From IMG/VR virus record IMGVR_UViG_3300007735_000765, positions 1 through 58,973 of that record: DNA of 58,973 nt; one strand, 5' to 3'. The DNA comes from a virus. Taxonomy: Duplodnaviria; Caudoviricetes. Below the pieces are notes generated by a model. That model was given only the letters and a program-made list of their open reading frames with translations. It made no database searches and was not told the DNA's origin. How positions within the stretch are numbered: position 1 is the stretch's first letter; the number at the start of each line of letters is the position of its first letter. The position numbers were made by a program, and so were the translations under genes. Shown piece after piece: positions 44,800 to 53,294 of this stretch.

Positions 44800-44803
44800 C
44801 TCT

Positions 44804-44879
44804 TGGAGCGGGAGGCGAGGTTCGAACTCGTCTATTTCAGTTTGGAAGACTGACGTGTAACCGTAAACACTTCACCCGC
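44804..44879 (-). tRNA. tRNA-Gly(UCC)
   Basis: Loop CT-TCC-AA. Confidence 0.85.
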
Positions 44880-44884
44880 AAATT

Positions 44885-45630
44885 TTATCTAGGCCTTACA
44901 ATTTCGACTTGGCCAAAATACTCTAATATCTTTATCAAGGGCCACGCTGGATCAAATTCAAACCAGCGTCGGCTAAATTTAGCATCCCAAGGATAGTCAT
45001 GATGGTTAGCGCCGAATTCCTCACCGCCCCATAATGCACCTATAGGAAAAATATTTACACTATGATCGCCTACCATCTTAGCAGGTTCACAGCGATAACC
45101 ATAGTTATGTGAAAGAATGTTATGTAATCTTCCACTGATTCTAGTAAAAGTCATCCATATGACTTCAACAATCAATCCCTGCCAACCAAATAAGATCAAA
45201 GCAGGTATTAACCAAACTAGTCTACCATAATGCCTGTACTGCATTAAAAATGCATCTAGTCGATCGTCCATTAAAGGAACATCCCCGGCCAGCTGATCTC
45301 TAAGTTCGGCGGTCATGTATATGCTTTGCCTGGCGTACTGAATGTCTTGGGAAATAGTAGCTCACTAAAACTATAGACCCAAGGACTGTGTGGATCTTCT
45401 GCTGTGTCGGGATTGTTATGATGTTTTCTGTGTACTGCACTCCACGTTCTTGCAAACGCAGGCCAATAAATTCCCACAGACCAAAGCAACACTCTGCCAA
45501 CATTATCCACAAGAGGTGTACCATTCAACTGTCTGTGTGCATGGACTCTATGCAAAAACACAGAGCCCCAAGTAACAACAAACACATGAATTATAAAACC
45601 ATATAGTATGGCCCAGTACCAATCAAACAT
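44885..45630 (-). pseudogene. Fatty acid desaturase split into two frames (45313-45630 and 44885-45316)
   Basis: His boxes HRVHAH and HRKHH in the first ORF and ANHH in the second; frame change at about 45315. Confidence 0.7.
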
Positions 45631-45658
45631 AATTCAGCAAACTAGCTCCATTTTATTC

Positions 45659-45741
45659 TGGTGCGGACGGTGAGACTCGAACTCACACGCACGAGGCACT
45701 GGCTTCTAAGACCAGCGTGGCTACCATTACACCACGTCCGC
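45659..45741 (-). tRNA. tRNA-Leu(UAG)
   Basis: Loop CT-TAG-AA. Confidence 0.9.
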
Positions 45742-45747
45742 ATTATT

Positions 45748-45824
45748 TGGCTCCCCGAGCTGGGCTCGAACCAGCGACACCTTGATTAACAGTCAAGTGC
45801 TTCTACCAACTGAGCTATCAGGGA
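45748..45824 (-). tRNA. tRNA-Asn(GUU), second copy
   Basis: Loop CT-GTT-AA. Confidence 0.9.
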
Positions 45825-45842
45825 ATATTTTTTACTTTATCT

Positions 45843-45871
45843 ATTATATATGCCTAAACATACACTGTCAA
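45843..45871 (-). promoter_or_regulatory. Sigma70 promoter
   Basis: TTGACA-17-TATAAT. Confidence 0.75.
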
Positions 45872-45874
45872 CAC

Positions 45875-46180
45875 CTTTAGGTTGTTGGCGTCGAAGCCAA
45901 CCCGGGCCCGTCAGGAGGAACACCGTATCTTCATCCATTGGGTAGTCTAAAATGTATTAGTTTCGGGAGATGCACCGTCCTGTCCAAACGACCCGATCAA
46001 GGGGCCCGGAAATTTTCATCTGATACATTTTAGAATACCCAGCATTACTGCTGGATATGACAGGGTCGATACCCTGACCAGGAGTCTTACTAGTGCGTTA
46101 TCTCCACACGTTCATGTATCCTGTCCGCCCATTTCACACATTTATACGCTGTGTTGCGGCTCTCGTTGCCTATTCACGTT
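45875..46180 (-). ncRNA. Candidate structured ncRNA block
   Basis: No ORF in track, GC-richer; about 21-bp imperfect stem 45940-45960/46020-46040; hairpins CAGGGT-ATCG-ACCCTG and CCAGCA-GTAA-TGCTGG. Confidence 0.5.
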
Positions 46181-46184
46181 GAAA

Positions 46185-46349
46185 TTATTTTCTAGAACTT
46201 TGAGCTAACTGTTTGAGCAGTTCAGATTGCTTACTAGCACGTTCAAACTTACTTAAAATCATCTTTCGATAATCCGTTTCGGTCATAGTGTACTCGGTAG
46301 TCCACTTAACTTCTCGCATTTTTCTAGCTATATCAACTTTCTTTTTCAT
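46185..46349 (-). CDS. Small basic protein (54 aa, not in ORF track), first gene after the attenuator
   Basis: AAGGA RBS; MKKKVDIARKMREVKWTTEYTMTETDYRK... Confidence 0.55.
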   Translation of the reverse strand: MKKKVDIARKMREVKWTTEYTMTETDYRKMILSKFERASKQSELLKQLAQSSRK

Positions 46350-46361
46350 AATTCCTTTTAA

Positions 46362-46397
46362 TAAACAAAAACCCCAGGGTTTTTAATCCTGGGGTCC
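46362..46397 (-). terminator. Intrinsic terminator, conditional (attenuator)
   Basis: GGACCCCAGG-ATTAAAAAC-CCTGGGGTT-TTTGTTTA. Confidence 0.8.
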
Positions 46398-46422
46398 TTA
46401 GAGTTTGTAGAGTTAGTTTAAG

Positions 46423-46566
46423 TTAACTGTACAGGCCTCCTGGACCCCGGGTACCCTCTGGTGTGCGATCATTACTAATCAATGTGATCGCAGACCAATA
46501 GGTGGGCATAAAGCCTCCCTGTTGGGCTATGCATTTCACTGATGATAAATGTTTCGCGTTTTTCAT
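46423..46566 (-). CDS. Candidate attenuator leader peptide (47 aa, all 20 amino acids)
   Basis: MKNAKHLSSVKCIAQQGGFMPTYWSAITLISNDRTPEGTRGPGGLYS*; its 3' end contains GGGGTCC, complementary to the terminator 5' arm. Confidence 0.65.
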   Translation of the reverse strand: MKNAKHLSSVKCIAQQGGFMPTYWSAITLISNDRTPEGTRGPGGLYS

Positions 46567-46576
46567 ATAAGTGTCT

Positions 46577-46605
46577 ATTGTAATTTATTTAGTCTTTGTT
46601 GTCAA
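46577..46605 (-). promoter_or_regulatory. Sigma70 promoter of the leader ORF, with an embedded CTAAATA
   Basis: TTGACA-17-TACAAT, 10 nt before the ATG. Confidence 0.75.
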
Positions 46606-46650
46606 AGACTTTTGGCTATCTTGAAAATATTTATACTTTCGTTTTAAACA

Positions 46651-46923
46651 TTAGTAATTTCTGGTCAGAGCCATGTGGCTCATCCATTGCAAAAACGCAT
46701 TATACACAGTTTCTGCTTCCTTGTCATCCTGTGGGACTTTGACTCCCCGTACCCAAAAACCATCCTTGCTGACTCTCAGCATTTCGGTGCTGTTGTCTGG
46801 GCCAGTGTACATCGAAATGGAGTTGGGTTCTTCATGCTCCCTAATCTTAAATACTGTGCCTGCGTTCACGGGCGGTAGCGCACCGTACAAACTGTGCAAT
46901 GGATTTGGTGTTATTACATTCAT
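46651..46923 (-). CDS. Hypothetical protein
   Basis: EMLRVSKDGFWVRGVKV; probable start MNVITP. Confidence 0.6.
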   Translation of the reverse strand: MNVITPNPLHSLYGALPPVNAGTVFKIREHEEPNSISMYTGPDNSTEMLRVSKDGFWVRGVKVPQDDKEAETVYNAFLQWMSHMALTRNY

Positions 46924-46978
46924 AAAGTCAGTATAACTTAAAAATAAATAGTTGTCAAGCGGGTCTATAAATATTATT

Positions 46979-47260
46979 ATGAATTCAATTGATTTTGCAA
47001 AAACCAAACTAGTCGTTGATGTCTGTAATTACATTGCAGATAAAAGACAACATCTACTCGAGGATCTGGTAGCATACACCGAAGATCCAGTTCGTTATAA
47101 ACGTAGGCTAAGACTACTGCGACAGCTAGCACAATACGAAAGTTCTATAATACAGAAAATCGAAGAATTTAATGCCGACGGTAACAGTGACGTCTATTCT
47201 TTTGATACCATGGGCAATTTCAAAGACGAAATCGACTTAGTTGCATCAACAAACACATGA
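46979..47260 (+). CDS. Hypothetical protein
   Basis: TATAAATA 5 nt before ATG; ATGA-coupled to the PP-loop gene. Confidence 0.6.
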   Translation: MNSIDFAKTKLVVDVCNYIADKRQHLLEDLVAYTEDPVRYKRRLRLLRQLAQYESSIIQKIEEFNADGNSDVYSFDTMGNFKDEIDLVASTNT

Positions 47261-48432
47261 ACGACCGCCCACTATTAACACTGACTAATCCTCAGTATTT
47301 TAGAAAATTGATTAAGTATCATGGCTTTCATATTATAAATGATCGTCCGGGTCAGCATCAGTTTTTTATAGAATATTTTCAAGACCACAACTTTCTAGTA
47401 GATTTAAATCATTTCTTTTCTGAGAATCCACTAGGAGATCTAATGGATCGATCAGACACTTTGGTATTGCCTTTCTCTTATCAAAAGACCAAACCCTGGG
47501 TAGTTCCAGATTTAAACAAGGAAATTTTACTAGAAGATATCGTTGCTCGGCGTATAAAACAGTTAACCGATTTAGCCAACGGGCAAAAAATTAATCTGTT
47601 TTGGAGCGGGGGTATAGACAGCACTTTGGTTATCACAGCATTTTTAAAATACAGTGATGATCTAAGTCAATTACGTATAGTTTATAGTCCCATGTCAATG
47701 AAGGAAAACCCTAACTTTTTCCTACTAATGACCACTATCAAAAATCTGGAACTCTACGATTACAGTGGTGAAAATTATTTTCACGACGTAGAAGGTTTTT
47801 CAGTGACCGGCGATGTTTCAGATGAAATAACGGCTAGTTTTGACGAAACATTCTATGCAAAGCACTCCACAGAGTTACAGGATTCCTGGGAATCAGTATT
47901 TTCAAAACATGGGTTAACCGACGATCTAATAGAGTTTTCAAAACAATGGTTTGCACACAGTGGCATGGAAATCAAAACATTGGTTGAAGCAAGATGGTGG
48001 TTTTATATTTGTGCAAAATATCATTTATTTCAAGCCAAAGCGAATATTGCCGCAGACAGTGTTGCATTCTTTGATATGACAGAAATGGAACATTTTATTG
48101 CTGGCAATTTGAATAGACTTGTAACAGATCAAGGCTACAATACTTACAAACAATTTTTTAAAGATTTTATTTTTGAATACGATAAAAACAAAAACTATAA
48201 TCTTTATAAAACTAAAACAAATAGCCGACAAATTGTAGATTATAGACAAAAACGATTATATCTTCAGGACAATAGATACATTGCTATTCTCAGCGATGGT
48301 ACTCGCGTCGCGACACCCAATATGCCTTTGTTAAGCGAGTCTGAATATCGTGACAAATATGGAAACAGTCTGGACTATTTGTTTAACAAACGTGCTGTTG
48401 CCAAACAGCTATTCCAGAAAAAACGCCAATAA
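47257..48432 (+). CDS. PP-loop (asparagine-synthetase-C-like) protein
   Basis: FWSGGIDST and VTGDVSD. Confidence 0.65.
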   Translation: MNDRPLLTLTNPQYFRKLIKYHGFHIINDRPGQHQFFIEYFQDHNFLVDLNHFFSENPLGDLMDRSDTLVLPFSYQKTKPWVVPDLNKEILLEDIVARRIKQLTDLANGQKINLFWSGGIDSTLVITAFLKYSDDLSQLRIVYSPMSMKENPNFFLLMTTIKNLELYDYSGENYFHDVEGFSVTGDVSDEITASFDETFYAKHSTELQDSWESVFSKHGLTDDLIEFSKQWFAHSGMEIKTLVEARWWFYICAKYHLFQAKANIAADSVAFFDMTEMEHFIAGNLNRLVTDQGYNTYKQFFKDFIFEYDKNKNYNLYKTKTNSRQIVDYRQKRLYLQDNRYIAILSDGTRVATPNMPLLSESEYRDKYGNSLDYLFNKRAVAKQLFQKKRQ

Positions 48433-48440
48433 ATAATTTT

Positions 48441-49235
48441 ATGGGTACAGACTACAGTTTAATAAAATCAAAATTTCTTTGGTTCGTTGGCATGGGCGCA
48501 CTAGTTGCCAGTCTTGTATGGACTGTGTATACACAGGAATGGCTATACTGGTTTGTTAGCTATCTTTATTTCAGATGCATCAGTGTTATATCCAATAACA
48601 TTAGCCTACATCGATACTTTGCACATAAGAGCTTTAAAACTGGTCCAAAGAGACACCAACTATTAGCGTGGATCACACTGCTATCCGGAGTTGGTAGCCC
48701 TTTTATCTATGCCATACATCACAGACACCATCACAAGTACAGCGATCAACCACAAGACCTGCACAGTCCCCGGGAAAGTTTTTGGCGTAGCTTTTTAGGA
48801 ACGTGGGTTCTCAAAGACACAAAGTGGTGGATAGAAGAAAAGAAAGTTACACTGTTTCCTAGAGACTTAATTAGAGACCCTAGTGTAAAATTTATTACAG
48901 AACACTATCACAAGATGTGGCTAGCCCTGGTCTTAATGGCTTGGCTTGTTGGAGGTTTTAAATTCTGCTTGTTCTATATGCTAGCACCAGTAGGATGGAA
49001 TCTATTTCAAGGTGCAATGGTCAACTGCATAGACCATTTGAAATTGCCGGGAAGTTATAGAAACTACGATACCAACGACTATAGTTATAACAACAAAGTT
49101 CTAAATTGGTTCTTACTGGGCGAAGGCCTGCATAACAATCATCACTATGATCAAGCCAATTATAGACAAGCACATAAACCCGACGAATATGATCCTGCAG
49201 GTTGGATTATAGAAAAATTCTTTAAAGTTAATTGA
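48441..49235 (+). CDS. Delta-9-type fatty acid desaturase
   Basis: HRYFAH, HRHHH and GEGLHNNHH. Confidence 0.9.
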   Translation: MGTDYSLIKSKFLWFVGMGALVASLVWTVYTQEWLYWFVSYLYFRCISVISNNISLHRYFAHKSFKTGPKRHQLLAWITLLSGVGSPFIYAIHHRHHHKYSDQPQDLHSPRESFWRSFLGTWVLKDTKWWIEEKKVTLFPRDLIRDPSVKFITEHYHKMWLALVLMAWLVGGFKFCLFYMLAPVGWNLFQGAMVNCIDHLKLPGSYRNYDTNDYSYNNKVLNWFLLGEGLHNNHHYDQANYRQAHKPDEYDPAGWIIEKFFKVN

Positions 49236-49428
49236 AAAGACTGCCGAGATTTTCTACCGCAGATTTGTCTAATATAATTTGAAATTTTATTTGCTCTGCG
49301 TCGGGATCTTTGGCATTGTCATAGACTGTACTAAATTTCAATACATATTCGCGATTAGCCAATGCTTCAATAGGTTTTAGTTCGGCGAATAACTGATAAC
49401 CGCCAGTATTTTGAATTAATTTTTTCAT
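49228..49428 (-). CDS. Small hypothetical protein
   Basis: Probable start MKKLIQ directly after the tRNA. Confidence 0.5.
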   Translation of the reverse strand: MKKLIQNTGGYQLFAELKPIEALANREYVLKFSTVYDNAKDPDAEQIKFQIILDKSAVENLGSLFN

Positions 49429-49436
49429 ATTATATT

Positions 49437-49513
49437 TGGTGCGCCGAACAGGACTCGAACCTGTGACCAATCGATTATGAGTCGACTGCTCTAACCAACT
49501 GAGCTATCAGCGC
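49437..49513 (-). tRNA. tRNA-Ile2(CAU)-like (lysidine type); elongator Met not excluded
   Basis: GTCGA-CTCATAA-TCGAT-TGGTC resembles bacterial Ile2; own promoter TTGACA-17-TATAAT at 49523-49551. Confidence 0.8.
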
Positions 49514-49554
49514 AATAGAGTTATTATATAGTGTCAGTGATTTGTTGTCAACTG

Positions 49555-50769
49555 TTATCTGCGACTTCTTGGTGCGCTGGGCTCTTTGGCTACTTTTGCA
49601 GATGCTTTTGGTTTTAGTCCTTTGACTGCGTGGGTGTCAGTGGACACAGTATCGGGTTCTTTGACTTTCTTACCGGTTTTCTTTGGCGCAACAAGGCCAG
49701 CGGCTGATGCGGCGCTCTTCATAGCAGTTCCAGAGATAGTAACTTTCATAGCGTTACTCTGTGTGTCTGTCCAACTTGGAAAACTAACCCCCAACTGATT
49801 TGCTACTGCCGCAAGGTCGTCACTGCTGTTTACATAGAGAAAAGAAGTAACGCCTGCGTCCATAATTATAATGCCATCAAATTCTTTTGCGCCTTGATAG
49901 ACTTCATAACTGGCTTTTAGCATTTGTTTTTTAAGTTCCTGCCCGTTGATTTCGCCGTTGGCGCCGACTACTGCATTGACCATCGTTGCAGTGTCAACAG
50001 TGGGGTAATGCATTTTTAACATGATTTGCAGAGCTTTTTTTACTTTAGCTTTATCATTATCAAAAAACTCAGTGAATGCAGACATGTTTAGTTTGGGGTT
50101 AAAAATATCAGCTATTTGACTTTGATCAGTAGGAATTTCTCGATCCGGTACTAGCTTTTGAATTAAAGGTGCGTATTCCCTTGCAAATCTACCTACTAGA
50201 GCTTGACTGCCAGCTGGTCCTAAACGCCCGTTCTGACCTGCTTTTAATTCGATTTTTGTTCCATCAATATCTAAGTCACCAGGTGCGCCCCTGCGCTGTA
50301 CGTTGGGACTAATAATATCCAACATATACTCGCCCTTGCCAACGTCGCCCTTTTCTCCAATTTTTCCAGAAATCTTTGAAAACAAGTCCCCTTTAATTGC
50401 ATCAAAAGTCTTTTGGAAATCTTTGTCTATTAGTTCTGCATAGCTGTGCAATTTTCTTGGCGTTAAAAGTTTTGAAGCATTAAGAATTCCGTCAGTGCTC
50501 AGCTTTTTAAGAAACTTTTTAACTTCTGCGGGTGGTAAAGAAGCGTCAGCCAGCGCCTGCAGGAAAATATTACTAACCAGACCTTTATAAGATCTAAGTT
50601 CGGCAAATTTTTCTACGTCTTTTTTAATGCCGTATCGATTAGTAAATTTAAGAATATCTACTAGATCATCTTCGGCGGGAATTTTTTCCACTCGTTTAGT
50701 AATTTCAGCCCGTACATCTTCCGGAGCCTCATCCACTATGCTTAGAAATTTACGAATATCATTGGTCAT
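49555..50769 (-). CDS. Hypothetical protein with a PD-(D/E)xK-like motif
   Basis: GKGE...GDLDIDGTKIELK; basic low-complexity tail. Confidence 0.55.
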   Translation of the reverse strand: MTNDIRKFLSIVDEAPEDVRAEITKRVEKIPAEDDLVDILKFTNRYGIKKDVEKFAELRSYKGLVSNIFLQALADASLPPAEVKKFLKKLSTDGILNASKLLTPRKLHSYAELIDKDFQKTFDAIKGDLFSKISGKIGEKGDVGKGEYMLDIISPNVQRRGAPGDLDIDGTKIELKAGQNGRLGPAGSQALVGRFAREYAPLIQKLVPDREIPTDQSQIADIFNPKLNMSAFTEFFDNDKAKVKKALQIMLKMHYPTVDTATMVNAVVGANGEINGQELKKQMLKASYEVYQGAKEFDGIIIMDAGVTSFLYVNSSDDLAAVANQLGVSFPSWTDTQSNAMKVTISGTAMKSAASAAGLVAPKKTGKKVKEPDTVSTDTHAVKGLKPKASAKVAKEPSAPRSRR

Positions 50770-50779
50770 AAAGTATTTA

Positions 50780-51547
50780 TTACTTTCGCTCAATGTCCTC
50801 TTCTACACAATTTTCGCCGTATTGAATTTCAATTAGCTTTAGGGGTCGATCTGTTTCGTTGCAGAGCTGATGCCATTCGTTGAGTTTAATCCAAGTTGCT
50901 TGATGGCGAGCCGGGCTAGCTAGTAGCTCATATTCTGTACTATGCGGATCCACTGTATATACCGTGGCTTCGCCTTCTGCAACAAACCAAAATTCTGCAC
51001 GACTTTCGTGCCGTTGCATACTGAGACAGGTCTTGGGATTTACTGTTAGTTCTTTAAGTTTTACATGATTGCCTACTTCGTGTAGTACACGATAGTAGCC
51101 CCATGCTCGTTCTGTTTTGGGCTTTTTCCAATCTTCAAGTATCCAGCTACTGCTGTTCTTTTTATCTTCGCCGCCCACGCCGAACACAAACTCCACACGC
51201 TCTAGACCTTCCATTTCCATTTCAGGAATATTGTTGCTGGTTCTATCTCCGCCGTTAGCAAATACTATGTTTGCTTCTGGATATGTGTTCAATGCCTTTT
51301 GTATAGCATCACAGGCTGTACCGTCATCATCAGAAAAAGCAAATACAGAGTCTACCATTTTAAGGCTTTTAATAATAGACATACGTTCAGTGATCCGCAT
51401 AAAAGGCCTGCCTTTTTTACGTGCTAACCACAGATCACTGTTAACTCCTACAATCAATCTATCGCCTAATTTTTTTGCGGCTTCGAAATAAGCTAAATGG
51501 CCGCTGTGCATGGGATCAAATCCCCCGGTGACTAATACTATTTTCAT
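50780..51547 (-). CDS. Cytidylyltransferase-like domain fused to a mannose-6-phosphate isomerase-type cupin
   Basis: GGFDPMHSGH and FANGGDR; RAWG, LSMQRH..RAEFW and EIQYG..EEDIER. Confidence 0.85.
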   Translation of the reverse strand: MKIVLVTGGFDPMHSGHLAYFEAAKKLGDRLIVGVNSDLWLARKKGRPFMRITERMSIIKSLKMVDSVFAFSDDDGTACDAIQKALNTYPEANIVFANGGDRTSNNIPEMEMEGLERVEFVFGVGGEDKKNSSSWILEDWKKPKTERAWGYYRVLHEVGNHVKLKELTVNPKTCLSMQRHESRAEFWFVAEGEATVYTVDPHSTEYELLASPARHQATWIKLNEWHQLCNETDRPLKLIEIQYGENCVEEDIERK

Positions 51548-52305
51548 ACTTTACTCCAATCACAGTATTGGCCATTAAGCCAATGTGTTTGTAATTGATC
51601 TTGTTTTATAAATCCATATGTGTTAATCATATCTTGTGCTGTCTGCGGAAGTAAATCTAATGCTTGTAAATTATACAAATTAGTCTTGGCAGGGTTCATA
51701 GGTGCGTGTGGGCTTTTATAAGCCACACAATGAATCCACGGATCATTGGCTTCTTTGTAAAAATGACCGCCACGACAATCAAAACCATTGACTGCTAACA
51801 TGTATAATAGATTACAGATGTTATAACTGAAATAAGAATAACTAAGTCCTGTGACCACTGGACGATTATAAACAATATTAACAGTCTGCGGTACAATCAA
51901 AACCAGCATACCGTCGGGATTTAACATTGAATTCCATCGACGTAGTGTTTGCAAAGGATTAGTACTGAATCTAAAACTGTCATGACTCCAAATTAAGTCG
52001 GCTTTTAGATTTTCATTCAAGTTATCAAAGTCTTCGGTAACCCATCTAATATTTTCACTTTGATATAACGATGGCGCCGATCCTAGATCAAGGTCTACAC
52101 CATAACAGGTATAATTATAAGGCATGGGTATTTGATTATCGGATAGATAAGTTTTTGTGGCCCACCAGTTAATATCTGCGCCCGAACCACAGCCCATGTC
52201 TACAATTACTTTAATGCTATCTAAAAAATCATCGTAGTTGGCAATTAAATTTAGAGTTTGCAGACTATGATTATGACTGTCTTGATCAGATTTAAAAATG
52301 TTCAT
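51544..52305 (-). CDS. Class I SAM-dependent methyltransferase
   Basis: VDMGCGSG, GVD and LNPDG. Confidence 0.75.
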   Translation of the reverse strand: MNIFKSDQDSHNHSLQTLNLIANYDDFLDSIKVIVDMGCGSGADINWWATKTYLSDNQIPMPYNYTCYGVDLDLGSAPSLYQSENIRWVTEDFDNLNENLKADLIWSHDSFRFSTNPLQTLRRWNSMLNPDGMLVLIVPQTVNIVYNRPVVTGLSYSYFSYNICNLLYMLAVNGFDCRGGHFYKEANDPWIHCVAYKSPHAPMNPAKTNLYNLQALDLLPQTAQDMINTYGFIKQDQLQTHWLNGQYCDWSKV

Positions 52306-52754
52306 AGAGTAATGTCTTCCATGCCAGCTGTACGTAAACGAGCAACGTGTCCTAGCATGAAGTTTTTACTTTCGATACCTTTCATTAGACCTAACCATTT
52401 ATTTCGTATCAGTGCTACTTCATTGATAATAGTTTCGAAATCAATGACTTCGTCTTCACCATCCACATACTTTTCCGCGTCCCTGCTGGTCAATGCACGA
52501 TTATAATTTTCTAAATACTTTTGAAAATGCTTTTTACGTATTTTTCTTAGTTGTATATTAAGAAAGTTAAGCACAGCTTCGATCTCTTGAAGCTGATTAA
52601 ATCTGTGTTCAGTAATACCAGGTAAAGAGGCAATATTTTTTTCCAAATGGCCTTTAACACCGCAGTCCGATTTTGCGACTATTAGCTCGTGTTCATAGTA
52701 ATCGATGAACGCGGGTATATTACCTAGATCCTGTACTACTCTGTTATACCACAC
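52302..52754 (-). CDS. uvsY: UvsY recombination mediator
   Basis: YLENYNRALTSRDAEKYVDGE; near uvsX. Confidence 0.8.
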   Translation of the reverse strand: MWYNRVVQDLGNIPAFIDYYEHELIVAKSDCGVKGHLEKNIASLPGITEHRFNQLQEIEAVLNFLNIQLRKIRKKHFQKYLENYNRALTSRDAEKYVDGEDEVIDFETIINEVALIRNKWLGLMKGIESKNFMLGHVARLRTAGMEDITL

Positions 52755-52762
52755 AGTTGGCC

Positions 52763-52978
52763 TTACTCGTCATATTCATCGTCATCATATTCTTCCACGT
52801 CGCCTGCATATTCGTTATAGCTACGCTGAGTATATAAGTCCGATGATGCAAATTCTTTTAACTCGTCGTCATTCATCATATCCACTAATATCGACATCAG
52901 TGTGTCAGACGCTTCCTGTCTATCTTTTGCAGGAATATAATTTTTAAGAGTTTGATAAACTTCAATTACTAGATCCAT
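52763..52978 (-). CDS. Small acidic hypothetical protein
   Basis: 71 aa with Asp/Glu tail. Confidence 0.6.
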   Translation of the reverse strand: MDLVIEVYQTLKNYIPAKDRQEASDTLMSILVDMMNDDELKEFASSDLYTQRSYNEYAGDVEEYDDDEYDE

Positions 52979-52979
52979 A

Positions 52980-53294
52980 TCATTCCTTGTTTATTTGTTG
53001 TTTAAATGTTAATAAGTCGTCAGTGTTTGGAAAACATGTATCGCGTTTGCAGATAGTCGTTGTATTAGGTATGTCCCAACCTGTCCGCATAGTACCCAAA
53101 TAATCATGTTCACATACTGCACTGTATACTTCTTCGTTTGCTGTAACGTAGAGACGATTTATACCTGCGTTACATTCCCAGCCCTTCCAATTGAATAGTT
53201 TTTCATTACTTAGCCACTGCGAGTATACATTAAATGATTCTCCAGAATCAAGAGTTATTTTGCAGTTGTAATTTGGGTGATTTTGATAAGTCAA
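52980..53294 (-). CDS. Twitch/SPASM-like Cys-rich partner of the adjacent radical SAM protein
   Basis: WKGWECNAG...C...LG...C....C; TTG start overlapping the upstream gene. Confidence 0.55.
   Translation of the reverse strand: MTYQNHPNYNCKITLDSGESFNVYSQWLSNEKLFNWKGWECNAGINRLYVTANEEVYSAVCEHDYLGTMRTGWDIPNTTTICKRDTCFPNTDDLLTFKQQINKE

Noticed and set aside
29666-49513. Stop-codon recoding or suppressor tRNAs
   Set aside because: No CUA, UUA or UCA anticodon was found. Core genes are full-length in the standard code, and the GGQ protein lacks codon-recognition domains.
49555-50769. Homing endonuclease or mobile element
   Set aside because: Only a short PD-(D/E)xK-like motif; no intron context, terminal repeats or HNH/GIY-YIG/LAGLIDADG motifs.
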